Of a stretch of DNA of 64,000 bases, positions 10,261-19,454 are shown one piece after another. Position 1 is the first letter of the stretch. The number at the start of each line of letters is the position of its first letter. A model generated the notes under the pieces. The model searched no databases and was not told the origin of the DNA. It saw nothing but the letters and a program-made list of their open reading frames with translations. Source of the stretch: an uncultured bacterium (GTDB lineage: Bacteria > Babelota > Babeliae > Babelales > Babelaceae); contig CAVRKK010000002.1 of the NCBI GenBank assembly GCA_963722385.1, positions 672,001 to 736,000 on the forward strand, given 5' to 3'. Made by a program: the position numbers and the translations under genes.

Positions 10261-11369
10261 TGGTAAGGAGCAAGATAAAGAGCTCGTTATGGAGTTTTGG
10301 TATTTTTTTGAGTGCTGGTCTCTTGTCGGGCAATGTGCTTAAGCTCAAGCCCGCCAAGAGCAAAGAGCATGCTATGAGTCTGACGCAACCATTCTTGTCA
10401 GAAATCGCTAGCCTTTTTAGTGCGGACACCTTTATTGAGACGGGCACGGCGCGCGGGAGTACGACAGCGGTAGCGCGCAAAGTTTTCAAAACGGTGCATA
10501 CCATCGAGATAAATAAAAAGCTCTTTGATTATGGCAAGAGAAGATTTAGAAAATATGGCAATGTCCATCTGTATCATGGTGATTCGACCCATATTTTACC
10601 CCAAATTCTTCCTGCCATTACGGGTAAGCCTGTATTTTGGCTTGATGGGCATAATAGTCCAGGGATGGGGCAGGGGGCGGTCAATACGCCGTTATTGGAG
10701 GAGCTAGCAATTATTAAGCAATCGGGGATTACCAATGGTATTCTTTTGATTGATGATATTCGCTGTTCGGGGTGGCCGTTGCTTTGGTGGGATATCCTCA
10801 AGAAAAGATTTGGTCCCGGCTGCCAAAATCTTTATAACACTGTCGGTGTGGGGTGGCCATCATTTAGCGAAATTTATGATACTCTACTGGCTATTAATCC
10901 ACATTATACGCTTGCTTTATATGGCGATATCCTCATAGTTTTTGAAAAAAATTGTGGCATTGTGCTGGCTCCTGAGATAGAAGCATGCATGACCAGCTTC
11001 CTATCGTTTACGCACGATATAGCGCTTGAGCATATTCTGGCTGCTGAGCGCCTTATTAGTCAGCTTGACAATGATGGGCTTGCAGCTATTAAGCAGCAGT
11101 TGCAGAATTACGGTCAGCATGAGCATGATGTATATCATGCCCACCTGCATCTTTGGTATGGTCTTTGTTTGCTTTACCGCAATCATAATAGGGAAGCGGA
11201 GAAGCATCTTACGCTTGCTTATGATGCAAGCAATAAGCATTGGAGAATAGCTTGGTATAGGGCGCAGGCAATGAAGGGCCAAGGTAAGGCGGGTGCTGCG
11301 CAGGAAATCCTGAATAAAATAGCGCATGAAATCAGTGGCTTGGAAGAGTTGCCAAGGCGTGCATATTGA
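10257..11369 (+). CDS. methyltransferase-like protein with C-terminal TPR-like helices and N-terminal signal
   Basis: FIETGT..G.T, GDS..ILP, FWLDGH and LIDDIR motifs. C-terminal TPR-like pattern (LWYGLCL...EAEKHL...AWYRAQA). Confidence 0.65.
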   Translation: MMVRSKIKSSLWSFGIFLSAGLLSGNVLKLKPAKSKEHAMSLTQPFLSEIASLFSADTFIETGTARGSTTAVARKVFKTVHTIEINKKLFDYGKRRFRKYGNVHLYHGDSTHILPQILPAITGKPVFWLDGHNSPGMGQGAVNTPLLEELAIIKQSGITNGILLIDDIRCSGWPLLWWDILKKRFGPGCQNLYNTVGVGWPSFSEIYDTLLAINPHYTLALYGDILIVFEKNCGIVLAPEIEACMTSFLSFTHDIALEHILAAERLISQLDNDGLAAIKQQLQNYGQHEHDVYHAHLHLWYGLCLLYRNHNREAEKHLTLAYDASNKHWRIAWYRAQAMKGQGKAGAAQEILNKIAHEISGLEELPRRAY

Positions 11370-12538
11370 TACAGCGAGGGACCGTGATACGATACGTTTT
11401 GATCTTGCTCGTGGGCCTACGAGCATTCGCTGTGGACAGTGAGGTATTAAGCAAAAAGGCAGTGGTTTTCGGCATTGCCGGCCAAGATGGTTACTACCTT
11501 GCGAAGTTACTTTTAAGTAAGGGCTATGAGGTACATGGTAGTATGAGGGGTGATGACCAGGAGCTTAGAGCTTCCTTATGCTCGAGTAATCCTGACTGTT
11601 CGCTTAAGCTCATAATCCACCGTGGTGACCTGGCTGATTCAGCCTATATTAAAGAGCTCATGTTCACGGTACTGCCTGATGAGGTATATAATCTGGCAGG
11701 CCAAAGTAACGTGAGTGTTTCTTTTAAGGAGCCGGTTATTACATCGCAGGTCAATGCGTTTGCCGTGCTCACTATGTTGGAGTTGTTACGAGCATTACTC
11801 CCTCACAAGAGCATTAAATTTTTTCAAGCATCAAGCAGTCACATTTTTGGTCTTGCAGGAACCGAGCATATCGTGGATGAAAATTCCCCGTTGAGCGCTC
11901 AATCACCTTATGCGATTACGAAGCTTTACAGCCATCTTATGACCCAGCTTTATCGTCAGGCATATGGGTTATTTGCCGATAATGGGATTTTGTTTAACCA
12001 TGAATCTGAGCGTCGAAGTGCTGATTTTGTATCGCAAAAAATTGTGGAACATGCCGCTGCTTATAGGTTTGGCAAAAAGCAGGTACTCAAGCTCGGCAAT
12101 CTTGATGTCTGTCGTGATTGGGGCTATGCGCCCGACTATGTTCATGCGATGTGGCTTATGTTGCAGCAGGAAGGGCCCGATGATTATGTAATTGCATCGG
12201 GCCACAGCCATTTAGTAAGGGAGTTTGTCGAACGTGCCTATGCTTATGTTAACGTTCACTTAACATGGTCGGGGTCGAATTACGATGAAGTGGGAAGTGA
12301 TAAAGAAACAAATGAAGTTGTGGTTGCTGTCGACGCGGATTTTTTTAGGCCGTCTGAGTCGCCTTGTCTTGTAGGTAATGCTTCTAAAGCAAAAAGGGTA
12401 CTTGGCTGGGAAGCAAAAACTAATTTTACGCAGCTTGTCGCCGTCATGATGGATGCTGAGTTGGCGAGGTATGTATTGGTGCAAGAAGATGGTTTTGCGA
12501 GCGAGCCAATGCTTGCTCGCAATAGTACGCTGCTCTAA
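11366..12538 (+). CDS. gmd: second GDP-mannose 4,6-dehydratase-family protein with signal peptide
   Basis: [34 protein letters not shown] and RDWG. The catalytic segment is altered (ASSSHIFG versus ASTSELYG). Confidence 0.85.
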   Translation: MIQRGTVIRYVLILLVGLRAFAVDSEVLSKKAVVFGIAGQDGYYLAKLLLSKGYEVHGSMRGDDQELRASLCSSNPDCSLKLIIHRGDLADSAYIKELMFTVLPDEVYNLAGQSNVSVSFKEPVITSQVNAFAVLTMLELLRALLPHKSIKFFQASSSHIFGLAGTEHIVDENSPLSAQSPYAITKLYSHLMTQLYRQAYGLFADNGILFNHESERRSADFVSQKIVEHAAAYRFGKKQVLKLGNLDVCRDWGYAPDYVHAMWLMLQQEGPDDYVIASGHSHLVREFVERAYAYVNVHLTWSGSNYDEVGSDKETNEVVVAVDADFFRPSESPCLVGNASKAKRVLGWEAKTNFTQLVAVMMDAELARYVLVQEDGFASEPMLARNSTLL

Positions 12539-12550
12539 TCTTGGCGAATT

Positions 12551-12909
12551 GAATCGCCTGTGCGGCTGGCGGTTAAGGGACAGCGTCCCTTAACAATCCT
12601 AAAGCGTTATGCTTAATGCTTATAAGCTTGGTGAGTAGTTATCGTACGCAAAAGCGTACGATAACTTACGCCATTATCATGTACGCTGCGCTTCATGATA
12701 AAATTTAATATCGCTTGTCTATTTTCCGTCAGGAAAATTGCGTTTGTCATAACCATACGGGGCGTATGGTTATGACATTAAACAAGTCAAGAAATAAGCG
12801 TATAAAGAAAGAAGCAGAGCCTTTCGCTTACGCATATTGGTGTGGGTGCAGGGCCGCCGCCCTGCCGCTCGACGCGTAGTCGCGCTAGCCGCGTAGGCGA
12901 TATATATTC
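12551..12909 (-). repeat. structured intergenic element, copy 1 (subtype B, reverse orientation)
   Basis: Shares the hairpin series and the ATCGCCT-type paired ends with the copy at 27141, including GTTAAGGGAC-N-GTCCCTTAAC, CCATACG-GGG-CGTATGG and GCAGGGC-N4-GCCCTGC. Confidence 0.8.
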
Positions 12910-12991
12910 TACTCCACCCCGGCGCGAAACTATAGACGGTAACCGAAGATAATGATACAGTGGTTGTGTTAATCAAAAAAGTGCGATATTT

Positions 12992-15187
12992 ATGCAGAAA
13001 TTACGTATTGGCGTTTTAATGGGTGGCCGGTCCCAGGAGCGCGAAGTTTCACTCAATTCAGGCCGTACGATTTGCGATCATGTAGACACGTCATGCTATG
13101 TCGTTATCCCGCTGTTTCAGACAAGCGACGGTGCGTTATATGTTATGCCGAGCACTTTTCTTCATCGCGGTAAAATTAGCGATTTTGAACATCGCTTGGC
13201 GACTGAGGCTCAAAAAATAAGCTGGCACGAGCTTAAAGATATCGTTGATATTGTGTACATAGCACAACATGGTCGATTTGCTGAAGATGGCTCGCTACAG
13301 GGGCTTTTTGAAACCATAGGCATCCCCTACGTTGGTTCCAAAGTGCTGGCAAGCGCCCTTGGCATGGACAAAGCAATGCAATGCATATTTTTAAAAACAG
13401 CGGGGATAAATGTTCCAAAAAGAGTCGTTGTGCCGCCAAAAAAAGCAGGCGACGGCATAGCTCAAGGGAACTTGTGGCCCGGCTTTGCTTTTCCTTGCGT
13501 GGTAAAGCCAAGCGGTGAAGGATCAAGCCTTGGCGTTAGTGTAGTCTATGATATTGAAGAACTGATTGATGCGATCAAAAGGGCTTGTACGATAACCCCC
13601 GGCATTGAACAAGCAGTTATTATTGAAGAGTATATCCAGGGGATGGAGTTTTCATGCATTGTCTTGACCGATTATAAGGCGGGCGAGCTTCTGCCGTTGC
13701 CGCCAACGGAAATCATTCTGAACCAAGGGATGCTCTATTTTGATTATGAACAAAAATACATGCCGGGCAAAGCGATAAAGCATACACCGGCGCGCTGTAG
13801 TATGGAGCAACAAAAAAAGATCCAAGAAACCTGCATCAGTGTTATGCGAATATTGGGTATTCATAACATAGCACGTATCGATGGCTTTTTAACGGCTGAT
13901 GACCGCGTTATTATTATCGATCCTAACACGTTTTCTGGCATGGACCCGGCAAGCTTTGCCTTTGTTCAAGCTGCAGAGCTGAATATGGGCCATACGCACC
14001 TTATTAACCACCTGATCGAAACGGAGTTGCACGCATACGGTATGCTTACTAATTATGCTGAACGAAACGGTGAGATGAATAGAGTAGCTGAAAAAAAGCT
14101 GCGGGTAGGCGTCCTGTTGGGTGGTGCTTCCAACGAAAGGGAGATTTCCCTTGCTTCTGGTAGAAACGTTATGTATAAGCTGTCTCCCCACAAATATGAG
14201 CCAATCGCTCTTTTCGTGAGCTCTGCTCGCCAGCTCTACAAAATTGACCAGCGCCTGCTGGTACGCAATACGACAGCCGAAATTGAGGCATCGCTTGAGG
14301 TGGGTATGCATATACCGTGGAGCGAGCTGCCAGATCATATTGATTTTGCTTTTAACGGCCTACATGGGGGACATGGCGAAAATGGCTGTGTTCAAGGAAC
14401 GCTCGAAACGCTTGCTCTCCCCTATAATGGTTCATCAGTGCTTGCCAGCGCTCTCTGCATGGATAAATTTAAAACAACACAACTGCTGCGCGAAAAGCAT
14501 ATTGCTGTTCCACAAGCACAGCTTATAACACGAAAAATGTGGGAATCGACGAGTTTCGCGCCAGTAAGCTGCTATCCATGCATTATAAAGCCAAATGATG
14601 ACGGTTGCAGCGTGCTTGTGCAGAAAGCGTATTCAAATGAGGAATTGAGAGCTGCGCTCGGTCTTATTTTTGCTTCGGGAAAGCATGAAGCGCTTGTTGA
14701 AGAATTTATTACCGGCATGGAACTTACCGTGGGCGTTATTGGTAACACCCATTCCTATGCCTTGCTGCCGAGTATGTCGGTTGCTCAAAATAGCATCCTC
14801 TCTATTCAGGAGAAATTTTTGCCAGGAGCTGGCGAAAACCAGACGCCGGCGCCATTGGCACCGGCAGCAATACGTCTTGTTCAGCGCACGATGGAAAATG
14901 CCTATAGCGCTGTTGGCTGTAAAGGATATGCTCGCATCGATTGTTTTTATCAGCCAAGTGCTATAAGCCCGACCGGCCAAGACCGCGTGGTAATTTTAGA
15001 GATCAACACACTACCAGCGCTTACGCCGGCAACTTGCCTGTTTCATCAGGCTGCTGAAGTGGGCTTGCGCCCCATGGAATTCATAGATCTGCTTGTCCAA
15101 CTTGGCCTAGAAGAGCATTCATCACCACTGTTGGCAAGTAAGCCAGAGATCGTTATCGATACATTGGTGCAGCACCGCAATGCATGA
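12992..15187 (+). CDS. ddl: tandem fused D-alanine--D-alanine ligase (two ATP-grasp Ddl units)
   Basis: Two copies of GVL.GG.S.ERE.SL.SG / HG..(A/G)E.G..QG / SAL.MDK / ARID.F in 731 aa. Confidence 0.92.
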   Translation: MQKLRIGVLMGGRSQEREVSLNSGRTICDHVDTSCYVVIPLFQTSDGALYVMPSTFLHRGKISDFEHRLATEAQKISWHELKDIVDIVYIAQHGRFAEDGSLQGLFETIGIPYVGSKVLASALGMDKAMQCIFLKTAGINVPKRVVVPPKKAGDGIAQGNLWPGFAFPCVVKPSGEGSSLGVSVVYDIEELIDAIKRACTITPGIEQAVIIEEYIQGMEFSCIVLTDYKAGELLPLPPTEIILNQGMLYFDYEQKYMPGKAIKHTPARCSMEQQKKIQETCISVMRILGIHNIARIDGFLTADDRVIIIDPNTFSGMDPASFAFVQAAELNMGHTHLINHLIETELHAYGMLTNYAERNGEMNRVAEKKLRVGVLLGGASNEREISLASGRNVMYKLSPHKYEPIALFVSSARQLYKIDQRLLVRNTTAEIEASLEVGMHIPWSELPDHIDFAFNGLHGGHGENGCVQGTLETLALPYNGSSVLASALCMDKFKTTQLLREKHIAVPQAQLITRKMWESTSFAPVSCYPCIIKPNDDGCSVLVQKAYSNEELRAALGLIFASGKHEALVEEFITGMELTVGVIGNTHSYALLPSMSVAQNSILSIQEKFLPGAGENQTPAPLAPAAIRLVQRTMENAYSAVGCKGYARIDCFYQPSAISPTGQDRVVILEINTLPALTPATCLFHQAAEVGLRPMEFIDLLVQLGLEEHSSPLLASKPEIVIDTLVQHRNA

Positions 15188-15221
15188 TTATATCTCTTTT
15201 TCCCCGTACGGCCCCGATTGT

Positions 15222-15623
15222 CTAGGGTTGACCTGAAGTAATACTTGCTTGTAAGACATTATTCTGCTGCGTTACCGTAATGGTCGCATCTCCAGTGCTT
15301 GATGGAAAACGACGGCTAGATACCTCGACAGGAGTTACCGACTTATCATCGGTGGTGATGTAGATATTGCCGACGGAGCACACCCAGCCTTTGAGACGCC
15401 CAGATTTATAGGAGCGATCGAGGTGCACCGTTTTTCCTGGTGGCGCGCTTAATGGCTTTTCGTCGTGACATGTAGTGCTGTTGAATGCTTCATACTGAAC
15501 TATAGCACTGATGACTTTATCGGTCTTGTTGACGAAGTAAATGCTTGCAATAGCCGATATGCTCTGGTTGATTCCCAGCAGGAAACTGGCAGCAAGAAAT
15601 ATACAAGATCGTAGTGAGATCAT
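15222..15623 (-). CDS. small exported hypothetical protein
   Basis: ATG 15623 has an AAGGAG SD. Signal peptide followed by a beta-rich domain with two Cys. Confidence 0.7.
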   Translation of the reverse strand: MISLRSCIFLAASFLLGINQSISAIASIYFVNKTDKVISAIVQYEAFNSTTCHDEKPLSAPPGKTVHLDRSYKSGRLKGWVCSVGNIYITTDDKSVTPVEVSSRRFPSSTGDATITVTQQNNVLQASITSGQP

Positions 15624-15906
15624 AATAAGCTCCTTTTTTATTTCAACGGTTAGTATTATTATCACTCACACTATCATAAATATGTTTCAAATATCAATAA
15701 TTGTTAAATAGGCTAACCAGAATACTGACATAATGCTATCGAAAAATCTTGCTCTTGGTAGCATTTCGGGATAATATAAAGCGACCAAATTTGTATATCA
15801 TAAACTGAAGGGGAGCGTCCCGTTGATAGATTTATTCCCGCATTACGGCAGAGGGTTCGATAAATCAGATGTTTTGGCAGAAAATATTGTCATAAAATAC
15901 GGGTAA

Positions 15907-16353
15907 ATGCTGGAAATAGTCGAGAACATCTCTATGACAACCATGACGAATACGCTCACGCTTGAGATTGCACAAAGAATGGCTGATGCGGCTCAAAAAG
16001 CCGCATCAGAAATGGACCTAAAGATTGCCATTGCTATCATGGACAACCATGGCAACCTCAAGTATTATCGGCGGATGGATGACAATAGCTTTATCAGCGT
16101 CCGCATGTCCCAGCTTAAAGCACTTACTTCTGCAAGTATGCCAATTTCTACCAAGGCACTTGCTGAGCGAAATCAAAAAATCCCCAATGGGCCCTATCTC
16201 AATGTTCCTGGTATTGTGCTCCTTGAGGGAGGTTTGCCAATCATTACCCCAGACAAGCAACATATCGGATCAATTGGCATCAGTGGCGCGACCCCGGAGC
16301 TTGACGGCATGTGCGCACAGGCTGCCATAGATGCAATCGTTGATTATTTATGA
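15907..16353 (+). CDS. GlcG/HbpS-family heme-binding protein
   Basis: LTLEIAQRMADAA, IAIMDNHGNL, KALTS, GGLPI...IGSIGISGA...D..CA. Confidence 0.88.
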   Translation: MLEIVENISMTTMTNTLTLEIAQRMADAAQKAASEMDLKIAIAIMDNHGNLKYYRRMDDNSFISVRMSQLKALTSASMPISTKALAERNQKIPNGPYLNVPGIVLLEGGLPIITPDKQHIGSIGISGATPELDGMCAQAAIDAIVDYL

Positions 16354-16359
16354 GCAAAA

Positions 16360-16629
16360 ATGTCTAAAAAATGGGTAAAGCATGTGCAAGAGACGTCTTT
16401 TGCGATGGACATTCCTGCGGGCCTTTTTACGCGATCACCGCGGCAGATTGCTTTAGGGCTTAAGCAGGCGGTTCTGAGCAGTAACCGCACCAAGGGGACC
16501 AAGTTTCAGTCAGCGATGTCTATGCTGAATTTCTATATTAACCGCGCCGGTAAGAACCTCTCACCAGAAGATCGCGAGCGACTCGAAAAAGCAAAAATTG
16601 AGCTTCGCAAAGCATTTAACCGGCAGTAG
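16360..16629 (+). CDS. DUF3175-like small protein
   Basis: Recognisable SAMSMLNFYINRAGKNL...LEKAKIELRKAF motif. Confidence 0.8.
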   Translation: MSKKWVKHVQETSFAMDIPAGLFTRSPRQIALGLKQAVLSSNRTKGTKFQSAMSMLNFYINRAGKNLSPEDRERLEKAKIELRKAFNRQ

Positions 16630-17221
16630 ACTTTTTAGCAAAAAATGCCAAGCCTTTGCGCAGCAGCGCATCAAATGTTGCATGCTCGAGCCAGCCCTCT
16701 TTCTTTAAGTGCTCAAGGCATGCACTGGTTTCTGCTCGCGAATACCCCAGCGAAGCAAGTACTTCTGAAAGTTGCTTGATAGAAGAGACCGTGGGCGTTT
16801 GGCTAAATTCAGGAGAAAGTGAAAGCTTGCCGATCTTGTCTTTGAGTTGCATAATCAGGCTTTCTGCCTTTTTGGGGCCGACGCCATCGATACCATGAAA
16901 CGCTCGCACGTCACCTGATAGCACTGCTGAGACAAAAAGAGCCGGTGAAAGAGCGCCGAGAATTGCCAGCCCTATCTTGGGTCCAATACCCGAACAAGCA
17001 ATGATTAATGAAAAAATATGCCGCTCATCGCTGCTCGCAAAACCAAAGAGCTGCATGCCCTGATCCTGCGTTACGTGGGTATAAATAGCAAGTTCCAGGG
17101 GGCCGCCTAAGGTAGCATGAACATTAGATGGCACGGTTACCAAAAAGCCTATACCATTGGCAACCAGTGTGATATGGGGTGTCTGAACAGCGTGGGCAGT
17201 GCCCGTCAAATAAGCAATCAT
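16616..17221 (-). CDS. ruvA: Holliday junction branch migration protein RuvA
   Basis: MIAYLTG start, LFGF, HhH motifs SGIGPKIG and GVGPKKAE, C-terminal LASLGYS. Confidence 0.95.
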   Translation of the reverse strand: MIAYLTGTAHAVQTPHITLVANGIGFLVTVPSNVHATLGGPLELAIYTHVTQDQGMQLFGFASSDERHIFSLIIACSGIGPKIGLAILGALSPALFVSAVLSGDVRAFHGIDGVGPKKAESLIMQLKDKIGKLSLSPEFSQTPTVSSIKQLSEVLASLGYSRAETSACLEHLKKEGWLEHATFDALLRKGLAFFAKKSTAG

Positions 17222-17267
17222 GCGGTTCCTTTTTTTACTTTTACTATTGTATAAAATTCGCGAGCTA

Positions 17268-17295
17268 TTGACAAATCCAGTAGTTCTGGTAGTTT
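17268..17295 (+). promoter_or_regulatory. sigma70-type promoter for tRNA-Gly
   Basis: TTGACA-N16-TAGTTT with an extended -10 TG, 16 nt upstream of the tRNA. Confidence 0.55.
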
Positions 17296-17311
17296 TCATG
17301 GTAGTAGCTGT

Positions 17312-17387
17312 GCGGGAATAGCTCAGTTGGTAGAGCGTTGCCTTGCCAAGGCAAAGGTCGCGGGTTCGAATCCCGTTTCCCGCTCCA
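17312..17387 (+). tRNA. tRNA-Gly (GCC)
   Basis: 76-nt cloverleaf GCGGGAA...TTCCCGC-T-CCA. Anticodon arm TTGCC-TTGCCAA-GGCAA and T-loop TTCGAAT. Confidence 0.98.
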
Positions 17388-17458
17388 ATATCTGCAACTT
17401 ATCATAAAATTCATCATTATTATTTTGCCAAAATTATCGCAGAAAAAGGTTAGGGTTT

Positions 17459-18061
17459 ATGAAATCAATAATGCAGGAAGCATCCTCCATTGCCAAGGCC
17501 ATTGAACAAGCATGGATGACAGCAGGCCAGCCTGCCGAGTTTACCATCAAAGTTTTGGAAGAGCCTCAAAAGAACTTTATCGGTTTTACGACACGATCTG
17601 CCAAGATAGCACTGTTTTTTGAAATGGCGCCCTCGGCAAAGCCGCAAGCACCAAAAGCAAAACCAGCTGTTTCAAGGCACACTGAAGCCAAAGTGATGCA
17701 ACCTAAGCCAGTTATACAAGAACGCGAGCAAAAAGAGCCAGTAGCCCCGCGGCAAGCGCATCCCACGCGCAGGCAATACAAGCCATATTGGAACGATGCC
17801 ATGGTCAATTTTACCAAGGAATGGCTCCAGGAAACATTGAGCCTGATGGGCATCGGCAACGTACCCTTTACGATAGAGCCATCCGACTTTTATTTGCGGG
17901 TAACTTTTGGTCAAAGCTTAATCGGTGAGGAAGCACAAGAAAAACGCTTATTTGCCAGCCTTGCGACGCTTATTATCGAAACGCTCAAGCGAACGTTCAA
18001 GACCGGCCTGCGCGGTCACAAAATTGTACTCATACCGGCAGCCCATGATAGTCAGTCGTGA
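17459..18061 (+). CDS. Jag/KhpB (EloR)-like protein: Jag_N domain plus a degenerate C-terminal domain
   Basis: Jag_N pattern (SIAKAIEQA...IKVLEEPQKNFIG...AKI), directly upstream of mnmE. No R3H motif is visible. Confidence 0.7.
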   Translation: MKSIMQEASSIAKAIEQAWMTAGQPAEFTIKVLEEPQKNFIGFTTRSAKIALFFEMAPSAKPQAPKAKPAVSRHTEAKVMQPKPVIQEREQKEPVAPRQAHPTRRQYKPYWNDAMVNFTKEWLQETLSLMGIGNVPFTIEPSDFYLRVTFGQSLIGEEAQEKRLFASLATLIIETLKRTFKTGLRGHKIVLIPAAHDSQS

Positions 18062-19421
18062 TGAAGAAACCATTATAGCGCAATGTACACCGCGTGGCAG
18101 CGGGTCGCTGGCATTATTGCGCCTGTCAGGCGACAATGCCATAAACATTGCTGATTTATTGACCAAGCTGCCCAAGATTCAATCTCTACAAGCCGCTCCT
18201 TCCCATACAATTCATTATGGCTGGGTTGTTGATAAAGGCGGCGCCAAAGTCGACCAAGTAATGATAAGCATACTTCGTGCACCTCGTACGTTTACTGGCC
18301 AAGACACCATCGAAATTACGTGCCACAACAATCAGTTTATTATCGAAGAGATTATTGCTCTTGCCATTGGGTACGGTGCTCGCCACGCGCAAGCGGGCGA
18401 ATTTTCGCAGCGGGCATTATTGCATGGTAAAATTGACCTTGTCCAAGCAGAAGCGCTTAATGAACTTATTCATGCGCAGAGCCAGCAGGCGCTCAAAAAA
18501 TCGCTTGCCCAACTTGAAGGCACGCTCTCCCAGTGGATAACACATATCGAGGGAGAGCTTGTACGTAGTCTTGCCTGGTGTGAAGCGAGCTTTGAGTTTC
18601 TCGATGAAGAGCAAGAATTTGGCGATCAAATCAAAGAGCATCTGCAAGGGCTCTTAAAGATGATTGAGCATACAAAAAAAACGTTTGATAACAACCAGCA
18701 CCTCAGGCAAGGCGTTCGTATAGCGATGATCGGCTCGGTCAATGCCGGCAAGTCTTCCCTGTTTAATAGCCTGCTTGGGCATAAGCGATCTATCGTAACC
18801 AATATTCCCGGGACAACGCGAGATACCATTGAAACTGGGGTATATCGCAAGGGGCTTTATTGGACGTTGATTGATACGGCAGGAATTCGCCCCACCGACG
18901 ATATTATCGAGGCTGAGGGTATTGAGCGCTCATTGGCTGAGGGCAAGAAAGCAGATATTATCGTACTTGTTTTTGACGGGTCTGCCCACTTGACCGAGGC
19001 AGAGCGTGCATTTTACGTATCTTTCATGCAGGATTACCAACACAAGACCATATTGGTACATAATAAAGCCGATCTGGCCGGTATAAGCAACCTTGATATG
19101 TCTGACGCCGCACTACGAGTTTCAGCACTAAGTGGGGAGGAAGTAGCCCTTGTAGAGTGCGCTCTTCAAGCAAAGATCAACGCGCTTTTTGGACATGCTC
19201 TTGAAGCACCTTTTTTATTAAACGAGCGACATTACAAGCTTTTGCTGGGGCTTGAAAAAAAGCTGAGCGAGATCGTAAGCATGCTCTCAGGAGTTACTCA
19301 CTATGAGCTCGTATCTTTTCACCTAAGGCAAGCACTCGAGCACGTGACTGAGTTAACCGGTAAAAGTATCAGCGAAGCAGGCTTGGATGCTGTGTTTAGG
19401 GAATTTTGTGTCGGCAAATAA
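18045..19421 (+). CDS. mnmE: tRNA modification GTPase MnmE
   Basis: TIIAQCTP, FTGQDTIEITCH, GSVNAGKSS, PGTTRD, DTAG, NKAD and C-terminal FCVGK. Confidence 0.97.
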   Translation: MIVSRDEETIIAQCTPRGSGSLALLRLSGDNAINIADLLTKLPKIQSLQAAPSHTIHYGWVVDKGGAKVDQVMISILRAPRTFTGQDTIEITCHNNQFIIEEIIALAIGYGARHAQAGEFSQRALLHGKIDLVQAEALNELIHAQSQQALKKSLAQLEGTLSQWITHIEGELVRSLAWCEASFEFLDEEQEFGDQIKEHLQGLLKMIEHTKKTFDNNQHLRQGVRIAMIGSVNAGKSSLFNSLLGHKRSIVTNIPGTTRDTIETGVYRKGLYWTLIDTAGIRPTDDIIEAEGIERSLAEGKKADIIVLVFDGSAHLTEAERAFYVSFMQDYQHKTILVHNKADLAGISNLDMSDAALRVSALSGEEVALVECALQAKINALFGHALEAPFLLNERHYKLLLGLEKKLSEIVSMLSGVTHYELVSFHLRQALEHVTELTGKSISEAGLDAVFREFCVGK

Positions 19422-19454
19422 AACAGAGTATTCTCCGTATTGGCGAGGCGTGTC

